A stretch of 64,000 nt of DNA, from assembly GCA_963795085.1 (NCBI GenBank), contig CAWCFX010000006.1:780138-844137 (forward strand), read 5' to 3'. The notes under the pieces were generated by a model. That model was not told the DNA's origin. It searched no databases and worked only from the letters and a program-made list of their open reading frames with translations. Made by a program: the position numbers and the translations under genes. Each line of letters opens with the position of its first letter. Positions within the stretch are counted from its first letter, which is position 1. Positions 18,638 to 28,706 of this stretch are shown here, in pieces. Source of the DNA: an uncultured Gemmatimonadales bacterium. GTDB taxonomy: Bacteria; Gemmatimonadota; Gemmatimonadetes; Gemmatimonadales; GWC2-71-9.

Positions 18638-19906
18638 TCAGAGGCTTCCTTCCAGTCCCACCGTCCAGATCAGGTCCGGCTGGAGCCCGGTCTTTCGCAG
18701 CGGGGCAATTCCGTTCACCACCAGCACCATGCCACCCCGCACCGAGAACTTGAGGCCCAGCGCGGCATTGAGGATGTTCTCTCTCCGGTTGGGGACCGAG
18801 ATGGCGGGCACCCGGCGCTGGAAGGGCTCGGAGAAGACGATGTCGCCGGGAAGCGTGAGGGGACTGTCGCCGATCTGCCACTCCGAGATGATATCGGCGG
18901 CGACGGTGGCCCACGAGGCCATCAGGTTGTCGAACCCCAGCGTCGCGATGAAGGCATCGGTATGGAGGTCGCCGCCCCGGGCGAGGTAGCCCAGGTTGAC
19001 GTGGGGCGCGAAGTTGCCAAACTGGGCCGAGCCGACCGCCATCGCCCGGGCACTGGTGAAGCCGGACCCCAGCAGTTCCTCCTCCTTGCCGGTCGCGAAC
19101 CGCACGTCGGACAGGATCGCCGCGCCCAGGGTGCGGGACTGGCCGAGGTTGATCTTGATCCGGCCCACGACGTCGCCGAGGCCGGTGGAGGTCCCCGAGG
19201 CCGCGGTGCTGGCCCGGAGAATCGGGTCGCTGAGGGTCCCGCCGAACCGATGCAGGGCGGCGGAGCCAAAGGGGAGGATCTGGGCTTCGCTGGTCCCGTT
19301 GATCGTGGTGCGAACGAACGGTACCGCGACCCCGATGTCCATGAAGTCCAGGATGCCCCAGGTGGCATAGAGCGACACCACCGTGATGTTCATGTCCAGG
19401 TTCATCCGCAGCTGGATGATATCGTTCTCGAACTCGGGATCGCCGTGGCCCGGATTACCGACGTCCTGGTGGGCGAAGTTGATGACCAGGTTATCGACCG
19501 GGGCGCTGTTGAGCGTGGTGAATGCCAGGCCGGTCACGTTAGCGCCCAGGAAGAACCGGCCCCGGCCCAGGGTCTGGGACCGCTCGCCGAAGATGGGCCC
19601 CGGCGACGTGGACGAGCGGACCGGAAGCCCCCCCACCAGGCTGAAGGTGGCGCCGCTGGAGGTGGCGCTGAGCGGCGCGCTGGCCACGGAGCGGCCGATC
19701 GCCTCGGTCAGGAAGGTGAGCACCGTCTGGTTGCTCTGGGTCACCGCCGGCAGATAGTGGTTGCCATGCTCGTCGTCCAGCTCCAGGCACAGCGGCGCGC
19801 CGCAGTCGCCGAAGGTAAAGAGCTGGGTGATCGTGCTCCGCATGTCCTGGGCGCGGAGCGGCACAGCCAGCGAGAGGAGCAGCATGCCGACGGCGAACGA
19901 TCGCAT
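18638..19906 (-). CDS. Secreted protein, probable outer-membrane beta-barrel
   Basis: Signal peptide, amphipathic strands, GLGD...K motif, C-terminal GLEGSL. Confidence 0.7.
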   Translation of the reverse strand: MRSFAVGMLLLSLAVPLRAQDMRSTITQLFTFGDCGAPLCLELDDEHGNHYLPAVTQSNQTVLTFLTEAIGRSVASAPLSATSSGATFSLVGGLPVRSSTSPGPIFGERSQTLGRGRFFLGANVTGLAFTTLNSAPVDNLVINFAHQDVGNPGHGDPEFENDIIQLRMNLDMNITVVSLYATWGILDFMDIGVAVPFVRTTINGTSEAQILPFGSAALHRFGGTLSDPILRASTAASGTSTGLGDVVGRIKINLGQSRTLGAAILSDVRFATGKEEELLGSGFTSARAMAVGSAQFGNFAPHVNLGYLARGGDLHTDAFIATLGFDNLMASWATVAADIISEWQIGDSPLTLPGDIVFSEPFQRRVPAISVPNRRENILNAALGLKFSVRGGMVLVVNGIAPLRKTGLQPDLIWTVGLEGSL

Positions 19907-19941
19907 AGAGACTCCGATGTCTGGGATACCGAAACCAACGG

Positions 19942-20066
19942 CCACTGTCCCACTGACCCACTGACCCACTGACCCACTGATCCCACTGTCCCACTGACCC
20001 ACTGACCCACTGTCCCACTGACCCACTGACCCACTGTCCCACTGACCCACTGACCCACTGTCCCAC
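19942..20066. repeat. Octamer tandem array CCACTG(T/A)C, 15 units
   Basis: Directly visible; two unit variants with a 24-bp higher-order period. Confidence 0.95.
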
Positions 20067-20085
20067 CAGTCCGTCCCCTGCTCCT

Positions 20086-21480
20086 CTAGTTCAGCGGCGC
20101 CCCCGCCCTGATCCACGCCCGGATGGTGTCCCGCACCGCCGCCGGGATCAGCACCCCGTTGGGCGGCATGGGCGCCGAACACGCCGCGGGCGCCGTGTTG
20201 TCCAGCTTCGCCATGAACAGGCTGTTGGCCTCTCCCGGGATGCCGCCGGCCCCGGAGACCTGGATCAGCCCGCCCCCGGCACAGGCCGTCGGCACGTTGA
20301 ACAACTCGTTGGCGTGGGTGGCCGCAGCGGTGCCATTCAACTGCAGTCCGCCCAGGTTGGCATTGCCGTGGCATCCCGCGCAGCCATTCGTGGCCCATAT
20401 CGGGTGCACCGTGTTGCTGTAGTTGAAGTACGCCAGCGCGGTAAACGCGAGAGAACCCGCGCTGGGCGCGCTGGCCTCGAGCTGGTTGAGATAGCGGCCA
20501 TCCGCAGGCACGGCGCCGGTGGCCTGAATGGTCCAGGAGCCCACCGCCGCGACCCCGTTGGCGTCGGTATTGACGACCGCACCGGTCACGCTTCCTCCCC
20601 CGCCCGTCACCACGAAGGTCACCGGCAGGCCGGCGATGGGGTTGGCGAAGGAATCGGTGATCGTTACCTGGGGGTCCACCGGGAGGGTGGATCCGGCCAA
20701 AACCTGCTGAAGGTTCCCTCCCGAGATCACCATCTGGTAGGTGGTGGGCGGACCCGGCACGACGACGAGGGTGACCGCGACGGTGTCGGGGCTGTTGCCG
20801 GAGCCGGCGGCCGCAATGACCGGGATGAACGCGGTGTAGGTGCCCGCCTGAGTAATGCCTCCGGTAGCGGCGGTGATCGTCAGGTTGGCCGGTGCGGCCG
20901 TGGTGTCGAGCTGGGTGAGCAGCCAGAACTGGGGCCCGGTGCCATAGTCAATGGTGCCCACCGTGAGACCGGAGAGACTGAGCCCGCCGGCGTTGGTGAT
21001 CCCCACCGTCTGCGGCAGGGGACTTCCCTGGCCGGCCTGGCCGTTGAAGAGGATAGAGTCGGCGGAGAGAGCGATGACCGGCGCCGGGCCGACCCGCACC
21101 CGGGCCTGGCCTTCGACACCTTTGACGGTCGCGCTGATGGTCGCGGTGCCGCTCCCGACGGCCGTGACCCCGCCGGTATCATCCACGATGGCGACCTGCT
21201 GGTCGGAGGACGCCCACGCGGCGGGCGAGCCCGGCCGGAAGGCGCCGGTGCTATCGAGCGGAAAGGCGTGGATGGTCATCGTCAGCCCGATCGGCAGGTC
21301 GGTGCTGTCGGGACTCAGGCGGACGCTGGCCACCGGCGCGAGGCTCACGTCGGTGAGGACCTCAGTGCAGGAGAGCAGTGCAAGACAGGCCAGAACGGCC
21401 AGTGGGCCAGTGGGCCAAGGGGCCAGTGGACCATTCGAGCGACGCACGGGAGTGACCTTCCGGAGATCCGTCATGGACAC
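20086..21480 (-). CDS. Lipoprotein with Ig-like domains and a C-terminal c-type cytochrome-like domain
   Basis: Lipobox LLSC, Big_2-like WASSD..VA.V, Big_1-like VTF...TDANG, CAGCH, MPP...IRAWIRAGA. Confidence 0.8.
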   Translation of the reverse strand: MSMTDLRKVTPVRRSNGPLAPWPTGPLAVLACLALLSCTEVLTDVSLAPVASVRLSPDSTDLPIGLTMTIHAFPLDSTGAFRPGSPAAWASSDQQVAIVDDTGGVTAVGSGTATISATVKGVEGQARVRVGPAPVIALSADSILFNGQAGQGSPLPQTVGITNAGGLSLSGLTVGTIDYGTGPQFWLLTQLDTTAAPANLTITAATGGITQAGTYTAFIPVIAAAGSGNSPDTVAVTLVVVPGPPTTYQMVISGGNLQQVLAGSTLPVDPQVTITDSFANPIAGLPVTFVVTGGGGSVTGAVVNTDANGVAAVGSWTIQATGAVPADGRYLNQLEASAPSAGSLAFTALAYFNYSNTVHPIWATNGCAGCHGNANLGGLQLNGTAAATHANELFNVPTACAGGGLIQVSGAGGIPGEANSLFMAKLDNTAPAACSAPMPPNGVLIPAAVRDTIRAWIRAGAPLN

Positions 21481-21506
21481 GCTCTCGGCTCGGGTAACAC
21501 ACTAGT

Positions 21507-21540
21507 CCCCCTACCCCCTACCCCCTACCCCCTACCCCCC
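21507..21540. repeat. Heptamer array of (CCCCCTA) units
   Basis: Directly visible, about 4 units. Confidence 0.85.
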
Positions 21541-21549
21541 CGGCCCCCT

Positions 21550-23670
21550 TTACCGAATATCCGTGATCACCCACCCCGCTCCGCGACGTTCCAGGGTGTA
21601 AGTGTCGTCGGCGGGGAGGGTGTTCTGCCTGCCTCCGGACTGGAACACCCAGCTTCCGGTAACTCGGGCCGTGGCGTTGTCATCCCGGATATCTACCTGG
21701 CCGACCGCGAGGCGGACCCGCAGATTTTCCATGGCCGGCAAGGCCTGCCGCAGCTGTTGTTCGCGGGCGGAGGGCATCCCGGGATAGATCTGGCGTACCC
21801 GCCCGATATTGCCTGCCTCCAGGGCACTGGCATAGGCCTGGATCGCGGACCCGACCTGCTCCTTGAGTTCGGCTGCGGTGGGGCCGGCGGGTTGGGCGGC
21901 CGGCGGCGGCGTCACCGTGGTCTCGCGGACCGGAGGCCGTTCCACGACGATCTCCGGCGGCGGAGCTGCGTTAACAGTCACAGTCACGCCCTGGCTGAGT
22001 CCGTCCACCGTGGCGGTGACCGTGGCGCGGCCCGGCCGGCGCGCCAGCAACTCTCCACCCGGCCCGACACTGACCACGTCCGGCGCGCTGGACCGCCAGG
22101 TGACCGTGGATCCGGCGATGGAGCGGCCCCGCGCATCGCGAGGCTCCGCACGGAGCATGGAGTTGCCACCTGCATCCAGCGTCGTCAATCCGGAGATCGC
22201 AACGGAGCGGACCTGGGGAACCTGCGGCGTGGCGGTCACGCCGGGCGCTGCCCGGGGCGCCGGCACCGCCGGGGGCGGCGCCTGGCCAGTCGCGGCCGGC
22301 TGGGTATCTGCGGGCTCCTGGGCTGGGGCGGTGGCGGGCGGGATCATCGCCCCATTGGCGACCGCGGGCGCCGGGTCGGTCACCTGGGGCCCGGCTCCTC
22401 CCGGCACGGCGGACCCCTTCCAGGGCTGGACCAGGGCCAGCACCACGGCGGTCACGACCAGCGCCCCGGCCCCGCCGAACAGTGCCGGCCGGGAGATCCC
22501 CCGGCGCGACGCCGCGGGCGCCTCGGCTACCCGGGTCTTGCCCTTTCGGACCAGCGAACTGGGAATCGGACTGCGCGGCGTGCTGACCCGTTTCAATACT
22601 TCGCGGTTGGACCCGGCCATCGCGAACTGCACCAGCTGGGTTCGGACAATATTCTCAGAGGTGACGGTGGGCGCGTAGATCGCGCGGGCCACGTCCTCGA
22701 TATTGGGAAACCGCTCCTCCGGATCCTTGGCCAGCATGCGGTCAATCGCGGCGGCGAGGTCGGGAGGACAGTTCTGGACCTGCTCCAGCACCGGCCGGAC
22801 CGGCTCGTTGATATGCTTGAACATGATGGTCATGACGCTGTCGGCATCGAACGGCGGCCGGCCCGTCATCATCTCGTAGGCCATCACACCCAGGGAGTAC
22901 TGGTCGGACGCGCCGGTCAGCGGCAGCGCGTTACACTGTTCGGGGCTCATGTAGGTGGGCGTTCCGATGGTGGCCCCAGTCATGGTGAGCCCCTGCTTGT
23001 CCGCCACCTTGGCAATGCCGAAATCGGTCAGGATCGGGTGCCCGTCGGTCGAAATCATGATATTGGCGGGCTTCACGTCGCGGTGAATGACGCCGCGCTT
23101 GTGGGCATAGCCCAGCGCCTCCGCCACCTGGCTGACGATCTGGCGCACCATTTCGGCGGGCAGCGGCGCCTCTTTCTTGACGATCGAATCCAGCGGGCGG
23201 CCCTCCACGAACTTCATGACGAAGAAGAGCAGCTCTTCCTCGACCCGCACCGCATAGATCGGAATGATGTTGGCATGGCTGAGGCCGGCGGCGGTCCGCG
23301 CCTCGAGGATGAACCGTTCCACCATCCCATCGCCGGACACCAGCGCGGGATGCATCAGCTTGATGGCGACCCGCCGGTCCAGTTGCAGGTCGTGCGCGAG
23401 AAACACGGTGGCCATGCCGCCGGAACCCAGTTCCGCCAGGATCTCGTAGTCGCCGAGGGTCGCGTCCCGCAGTTGCTCCAGCATCTGCTGGCTCTTGTTG
23501 CGGGACACGCTGGCGGGAGTCAGCGCCGTCCGGGTGCCGCCGGCCGGGAGCGGCGTCGTCGCCGAGGATGGCCGCGCGGCGACCACGCCCGATCCGCAGG
23601 ACGGGCAGAACCGGACGCCGGGCTCCAGGAGGACACCGCAGCGGTCACACAGGGTGCGGGTACCGCTCAC
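21550..23670 (-). CDS. Ser/Thr kinase with N-terminal zinc ribbon, TM segment and Ig-like domain
   Basis: CDRC..CPSC, GSGGMATV, VAIK, HRDVKPAN, DFGIAK, GTPTYMSPEQ. Confidence 0.93.
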   Translation of the reverse strand: MSGTRTLCDRCGVLLEPGVRFCPSCGSGVVAARPSSATTPLPAGGTRTALTPASVSRNKSQQMLEQLRDATLGDYEILAELGSGGMATVFLAHDLQLDRRVAIKLMHPALVSGDGMVERFILEARTAAGLSHANIIPIYAVRVEEELLFFVMKFVEGRPLDSIVKKEAPLPAEMVRQIVSQVAEALGYAHKRGVIHRDVKPANIMISTDGHPILTDFGIAKVADKQGLTMTGATIGTPTYMSPEQCNALPLTGASDQYSLGVMAYEMMTGRPPFDADSVMTIMFKHINEPVRPVLEQVQNCPPDLAAAIDRMLAKDPEERFPNIEDVARAIYAPTVTSENIVRTQLVQFAMAGSNREVLKRVSTPRSPIPSSLVRKGKTRVAEAPAASRRGISRPALFGGAGALVVTAVVLALVQPWKGSAVPGGAGPQVTDPAPAVANGAMIPPATAPAQEPADTQPAATGQAPPPAVPAPRAAPGVTATPQVPQVRSVAISGLTTLDAGGNSMLRAEPRDARGRSIAGSTVTWRSSAPDVVSVGPGGELLARRPGRATVTATVDGLSQGVTVTVNAAPPPEIVVERPPVRETTVTPPPAAQPAGPTAAELKEQVGSAIQAYASALEAGNIGRVRQIYPGMPSAREQQLRQALPAMENLRVRLAVGQVDIRDDNATARVTGSWVFQSGGRQNTLPADDTYTLERRGAGWVITDIR

Positions 23671-24113
23671 GCGGGCGCTCCGGCGATCATCGCGATGCCC
23701 GGCGCGATGCTGGCCCGCCATGCCGCCAGGGTCTCGGGGCCGGCCTGCTGGTCATACTGGCTGACCGTGGCGAGCAGGCTCTCCACGAACAGCGGATAGA
23801 AATGCGCGGGAATACCGAGGTCGGACGGCCCGTGCCGTTCCGCCAGCCGGGCCAGCAGGCTGGGGTTCGGGCGCTTCGCATAAATCAGGAGCAGGGAAAG
23901 GCCATGCTGCAGCAGCCGGTCCTGCTTCTCGAACTTGGTGCGAACGAAGAAGGGGGGTATGGCGGGATCGCTGGCCAGCAGGCGGTCATAGAAGGCGCGG
24001 AAGAACTCCGGGGCCTCCTGGCAGCGGGCGTAGCTGTCCCGCACCAACTGGAGATGTTCCGCTGCGACGGCCGATGTTGCCATGCCAGGCTCCCGGGTGT
24101 CCAGGTGGGCCAT
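23667..24113 (-). CDS. Single-domain globin (start 24113 or 24083)
   Basis: VRDSY, FY (B10 Tyr), FF (CD1), KQ (E7 Gln), LAERH (proximal His), AAW. Confidence 0.85.
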   Translation of the reverse strand: MAHLDTREPGMATSAVAAEHLQLVRDSYARCQEAPEFFRAFYDRLLASDPAIPPFFVRTKFEKQDRLLQHGLSLLLIYAKRPNPSLLARLAERHGPSDLGIPAHFYPLFVESLLATVSQYDQQAGPETLAAWRASIAPGIAMIAGAPA

Positions 24114-24118
24114 TCGGG

Positions 24119-24736
24119 TTAGTTTGCCGGGTATCCCGGCGACCGCTTGACCTCTTCGATCTGTTGGGTGTGCCGCTGCTCGTGGCCGGCCACCAGGATG
24201 ACCCACTGTACGCCGTCCATCGGGCCGAATGCCGGGTGAGGCACCCCCACCGTCCGCAGCGGGGCCCGGGTCTGGGCCAGGAAATCGTTGAGGTCGTTCC
24301 GGGTCTCCACAAAGGCCGCCACCAGGTCGGACTGGGTGGCGTACTTCCCGGCAGGCTGGATCACGGCCGGTGCATCGAACCGCTGGGTTCGGTCGGCCAG
24401 GAGAGTGACGATCCTCCGGTCCATCGCAGCGGCGGAATCGGGGCGCGCGCCAAGCGGCGGCATCCCGCCGATGAGAAATCCTCCAATCAGCTTGTCGGTA
24501 GCCACGATGTGCTCGGCCGTCTCGGCGATGGACCAGCGGTCCGCCGCCGGCTTGAAGCGCCACTGGGCCTCGCTCAGGCCGTCAATGGAGGCCAGGAACC
24601 CAACGGCCGCCTGCGCCAGGCGCGTGTGCATCACCACCCGGTCTGCAGTGGACAACGAATCGGCCTGCGCGTACGCTCCAGGCGCCGTTCCGGATAGCAC
24701 GGCCAGGCCAGCCAGGATGCGAAGGGTGGACTTCAT
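24119..24736 (-). CDS. DinB family protein, secreted
   Basis: QWRFKPAADRWSIAETAEHI, HPAFG, HEQRHTQQI. Confidence 0.9.
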   Translation of the reverse strand: MKSTLRILAGLAVLSGTAPGAYAQADSLSTADRVVMHTRLAQAAVGFLASIDGLSEAQWRFKPAADRWSIAETAEHIVATDKLIGGFLIGGMPPLGARPDSAAAMDRRIVTLLADRTQRFDAPAVIQPAGKYATQSDLVAAFVETRNDLNDFLAQTRAPLRTVGVPHPAFGPMDGVQWVILVAGHEQRHTQQIEEVKRSPGYPAN

Positions 24737-24765
24737 GAATTGCTCACTATAAGGAGTGGATTCCA

Positions 24766-26175
24766 ATGTACTTGCCCGCCCTGTGTTCCACCAACAGCCG
24801 GCCCCGGGGGGCCTGGTCCATCGGCCTGGCCTTGCTGGCGTCCGGGCTGGCTGCTCCCGCCCTGGCCCAGCAATCGCTCCCGCCTGATTCCACTATTCAA
24901 CGAATGATTGACGCCCGGGTCAAGGCCGGCTGGACCCCGGGGATAGTGCTCGGGGTCCTCCGCGCCGATGGTACCCGCCAGGTGTTTACGGCCGGGACCA
25001 GCGGGACCCCCCGGCCCCTCGATGGGGCGACGATATTCGAGATCGGTTCGATCACCAAGGTCTTTACCGGCATCCTGCTCGCGGACATGGCAGAAACGGG
25101 CGACATCCGGCTGGACCAGCCGGTCGCCGAGCTGTTGCCAACCGGCACCCGGGTGCCGGAACGGAACGGTCGGGCCATCACCCTGGTGGACCTGGCCACC
25201 CAGACCTCGGGCCTGCCCCGGCTTCCGGGGAATCTCCCGGCCGCCGACCCCGAGAACCCGTATGCCGACTATACCGACAGCCTGCTGTTCGCGTTTCTAG
25301 CCGGCTACACCCTCCCGCGGGACATCGGGTCTCAGTACGAATACTCCAACCTTGGCGTCGGCCTCCTCGGCAATGCGCTGGCCCGGCGGACCGGCCAACC
25401 CTACGAGGAACTGGTGCGGACCCGGGTGCTGCAGCCTCTCAACATGCCGGACACCCGGGTCACGCTCACGGCCGGACTCACGGCGCGGGCGGCCCAGGGC
25501 CATACGGCCGAGGGACGGCCGGCGGGCATGTGGGACCTGCCCTCGCTGGCGGGCGCCGGCGCGCTGCGATCCTCCGCGGAGGAGATGCTCACCTTCCTCG
25601 CCGCTAACCTCAACGGCGTCCCGGGATCGCTTGGCCGGGCCATGGAAACGGCCCGGGTCCCGCGTAATCCGGCCGGCAGCCCGGTTCTCAAGATCGGGCT
25701 GGGCTGGCATATCCTCGAGAAAGACGGGCGGTCGATCGTATGGCACAACGGCGGGACCGGCGGGTTTCGGTCCTTCACCGGCCTGGACCCGGCCCGGAAG
25801 ACCGGTGTGGTGATCCTCTCCAACTCAGCCAACGACAGCGACGACCTGGGGTTTCACCTGCTGGATCCGGCCAACCCGGTGGACACCATGAAACTGGTAC
25901 GCCCAGTGGCAGTGCCGGAGTCCGTGCTCATGGAGTATATCGGAAAGTACGAGCTTGCCCCGACATTCAGCATCGCCATCACCCTGGAAGACGGCCGCCT
26001 GCTGGGCCAGGGCACCGGGCAGCCCCGGTTCGAGATGTACGCACTCAACCCGCAGGAGTTCTTCCTGCGGGTGGTGCCGGCTCGGATTGTTTTTCAACGG
26101 GATGCCGGTGGAAAAGTGACCGGCCTGGTGCTCTTCCAGGGAGGGCAGGAGCTGGCGGGGAGGCGGGTGCCGTAA
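24766..26175 (+). CDS. Serine hydrolase (AmpC-like plus DUF3471)
   Basis: FEIGSITK, YEYSN, WHNGGTGG, C-terminal YIGKYEL domain. Confidence 0.92.
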   Translation: MYLPALCSTNSRPRGAWSIGLALLASGLAAPALAQQSLPPDSTIQRMIDARVKAGWTPGIVLGVLRADGTRQVFTAGTSGTPRPLDGATIFEIGSITKVFTGILLADMAETGDIRLDQPVAELLPTGTRVPERNGRAITLVDLATQTSGLPRLPGNLPAADPENPYADYTDSLLFAFLAGYTLPRDIGSQYEYSNLGVGLLGNALARRTGQPYEELVRTRVLQPLNMPDTRVTLTAGLTARAAQGHTAEGRPAGMWDLPSLAGAGALRSSAEEMLTFLAANLNGVPGSLGRAMETARVPRNPAGSPVLKIGLGWHILEKDGRSIVWHNGGTGGFRSFTGLDPARKTGVVILSNSANDSDDLGFHLLDPANPVDTMKLVRPVAVPESVLMEYIGKYELAPTFSIAITLEDGRLLGQGTGQPRFEMYALNPQEFFLRVVPARIVFQRDAGGKVTGLVLFQGGQELAGRRVP

Positions 26176-26276
26176 GCTCACCCCGTCCCCGTCTCACTGA
26201 GGAAGAGGGTAGTGGGAAGGAGCAACTGAAGCCGAGTGGACTGTCTCACATGTTCCGATAGTCGCTGTCGAACAGC

Positions 26277-26414
26277 TCACCACGGAGCCACGAAGCACAC
26301 GGAGGTAGCACGGAGCACCCACCGTAGCGGGCTCAAGAGCCGCAATCTCGATACCTTGGTGCCAGCATGAGGTTTCTTCGTGCTGCCTTCGTGAACCTCG
26401 TGACTCCGTGGTGA
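26277..26414. repeat. Imperfect long inverted repeat built from CACG(G/A)AG units
   Basis: TCACCACGGAG...CTCCGTGGTGA ends with arms of about 38 bp, between convergent genes. Confidence 0.8.
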
Positions 26415-26456
26415 ATCAGTTCTTGCCCACCTGATCGGAACTTTTGATACAGTCCA

Positions 26457-28547
26457 CTAGTTCCCCCTCCCGCTCACCCGGTCCCACAACCCCCGGAGTT
26501 GATCGCGCACGGTCGAAAAGGCCTCCTGCAGCCAGCCGTGGTCGTGCGCTTCGCAGTACTCGGTGGGCTGGGTGCCGGCCCGGAAATACTCCCAGCGGGT
26601 CGTGGGGCAATAGTCCCCGGCCAGGAGCCCGGTCTCCGGGTCGATTTCCGCCATCACGATTCCATCGGGAACCTTCCACTCCCCGCCCTGTTCCTGCTTC
26701 TGCCAGGCCCGCCGGTAGAACGAGGCCCACGCCGGTGCGGCAAGCCGGGACCCGGAGGCACCCCGCCCCAGGGAACTGGGCGTATCGCTCCCGAACCAGA
26801 ATCCGGCCAGGATCGTCGGAGAATACCCCACGAACCAGACATCGGCGCCGTTGTTGGTGGTTCCCGTCTTGCCCGCCACCGGTCCGACGACGCCAAGGTT
26901 CCTGAGGGAGTAGCCGGTCCCTTCATCGACCACCGAGCGCAGCATGCTGGTGACCAGGAACGCGGTGATCGAGTCCAATACCTGGGTGCGGGCCGGAGAC
27001 GCTCCCTGTCCTTCCAGCGCCTGGATCGCCTGTTTGCCGCGGTAGGCAGTCGTCTCGCCGACGACGATGCTGTCCACCAGCCAGGGCTCCACCTTCCAGC
27101 CGCCGTTGGCGAACGGGGCGTAGGCGGTCACCAGTTCCACCGGGGTGACTTCCATCGAGCCCAGCGCCAGGGAAGGCACCGAACTGAGCGGGCTGGTGAT
27201 TCCCATTTTCCGGGCCAGCGCCACCACCTGCGGCACGCCGACATCCTGGCTCACTCGCACGGTGGCCGCGTTGGCGGACCGCGCCAGCGCCGCGCGCAGG
27301 GTGATGCTTCCCGCATATCCGTTGGAATTGCCCGGCGCCCAGGTGCCGCCGGCATCGGCCAGCTGGATCGGCTCGTCTTCCACCATGGTGGCGGGCGAGT
27401 ATCCGGCCTGGATCGCCGCGGCGTACACGAACGGCTTGAATGCCGAGCCGGGCTGCCGCCGGGCCAGGGTCGCGCGGTCGAAACCGGCCCGCGCGGGCCC
27501 GGTGCCGCCCACCATGGCCAGCACCGCGCCGGTCTGGGGGTCCAGGGCCACCATCGCACCCTGGACATCCCGTCCGATGGCCCTGGCACGGTCCCGCACC
27601 GCGAGTTCCGCGGCCAGCTGCGCACCGCGGTCGAACGTGGTGAACACCGTGATTTCTCCGCGCCGGCTGCGCTTGCCGACGGTGGACTCCACCAGGCCGC
27701 GCACCGCCTCAATCGCGTAGGAGTTCTCGTCCGCCGGCCGCCAGCCGTTGCGGGCCACGCGCAGTTTCTGGCCCGCGGCCTCGCTCGCGTCGTCGGCGGT
27801 GATGAACCCCTCGCGCGCCATCAGCGCGAGGACCAGGTTCCGCCGGGTGGTCGCCCGCTCGGGATGATCGCGGGGATCGTAGGCCGAAGGAGCCCGCGGC
27901 AGGCCGGCCAGCATGGCGGCTTCCGCCAGGGTGAGCCGCTGGACACTCTTGCCGAAGAAGTGCCGGCTGGCCGCTTCCACCCCGTACGTGGCGTCGCCCA
28001 GGTAGATGAGGTTGAGGTACAGTTCGAGGATCTGGTCCTTGGTCAGCGCCTTCTCGATACGGGGCGCCAGGCGCAGTTCGATCAGCTTGCGGCCGATGGA
28101 GCGATCATTCCGCTCGTCCCCGATGAACCCGCTTCGGGCGACCTGCATGGTCAGGGTCGAGGCGCCCTCGCGGACCTCCAGCGACGTCATGTTCTTCCAG
28201 AAGGCCCGGGCTACCCCGCGCCAATCCAGCCCCTCGTGTTCGGCAAAGCGGCGGTCCTCAACCGCGATGAACGCGTTGCGGATGTTTTCGGGAAAGCGCT
28301 CCAACGGCAGGGTGATCCGCCGGACCGGATCCAGGTGACCCAGCTGGTTCCCCTCCCGGTCCAGCACCCGGCCCCCCTCACTGGGGACGAAGGCCTGGAT
28401 TTCCGCGATGCTGGGGCATCCGGCAAAGCCGCAGGTCCAGCTGTAAAGGAAAGTCGTTACGAGGGTCAGGCCGAGAGCCGCGGCAGTGCCGACCAGGATG
28501 CGGCGGCGATATGTCAAAAGAAGTGAGACCCAGCGGTTCGGATACAT
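26457..28547 (-). CDS. Class A penicillin-binding protein (PBP1A family)
   Basis: EDRRF, GASTLTMQ, YLN, RQPGSAFK, SAN, GKTGT. Confidence 0.95.
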   Translation of the reverse strand: MYPNRWVSLLLTYRRRILVGTAAALGLTLVTTFLYSWTCGFAGCPSIAEIQAFVPSEGGRVLDREGNQLGHLDPVRRITLPLERFPENIRNAFIAVEDRRFAEHEGLDWRGVARAFWKNMTSLEVREGASTLTMQVARSGFIGDERNDRSIGRKLIELRLAPRIEKALTKDQILELYLNLIYLGDATYGVEAASRHFFGKSVQRLTLAEAAMLAGLPRAPSAYDPRDHPERATTRRNLVLALMAREGFITADDASEAAGQKLRVARNGWRPADENSYAIEAVRGLVESTVGKRSRRGEITVFTTFDRGAQLAAELAVRDRARAIGRDVQGAMVALDPQTGAVLAMVGGTGPARAGFDRATLARRQPGSAFKPFVYAAAIQAGYSPATMVEDEPIQLADAGGTWAPGNSNGYAGSITLRAALARSANAATVRVSQDVGVPQVVALARKMGITSPLSSVPSLALGSMEVTPVELVTAYAPFANGGWKVEPWLVDSIVVGETTAYRGKQAIQALEGQGASPARTQVLDSITAFLVTSMLRSVVDEGTGYSLRNLGVVGPVAGKTGTTNNGADVWFVGYSPTILAGFWFGSDTPSSLGRGASGSRLAAPAWASFYRRAWQKQEQGGEWKVPDGIVMAEIDPETGLLAGDYCPTTRWEYFRAGTQPTEYCEAHDHGWLQEAFSTVRDQLRGLWDRVSGRGN

Positions 28548-28706
28548 CGGCGGCCTTCCGGGTAACGTCTGTGGAGCTAATACGCCGGCCGGCCTGAGCA
28601 TGTTTCAGGTTGGGACAAACATGGGGTCGGGCCAGGTCCAGGCCCACTATAGACTCGCGACGCCCGGAAAACGTTGTCATTGGTCACAGGTTCCCGGCTC
28701 TCCCGG

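Noticed and set aside
20314..23799. 1161-aa plus-strand ORF and similar long antisense ORFs (1186-3075, 26499-28526)
   Set aside because: Shadow ORFs opposite well-supported genes, expected at high GC3.
24766..26175. Bona fide beta-lactam resistance gene
   Set aside because: The motifs show only membership of the broad serine hydrolase family; the substrate cannot be inferred.
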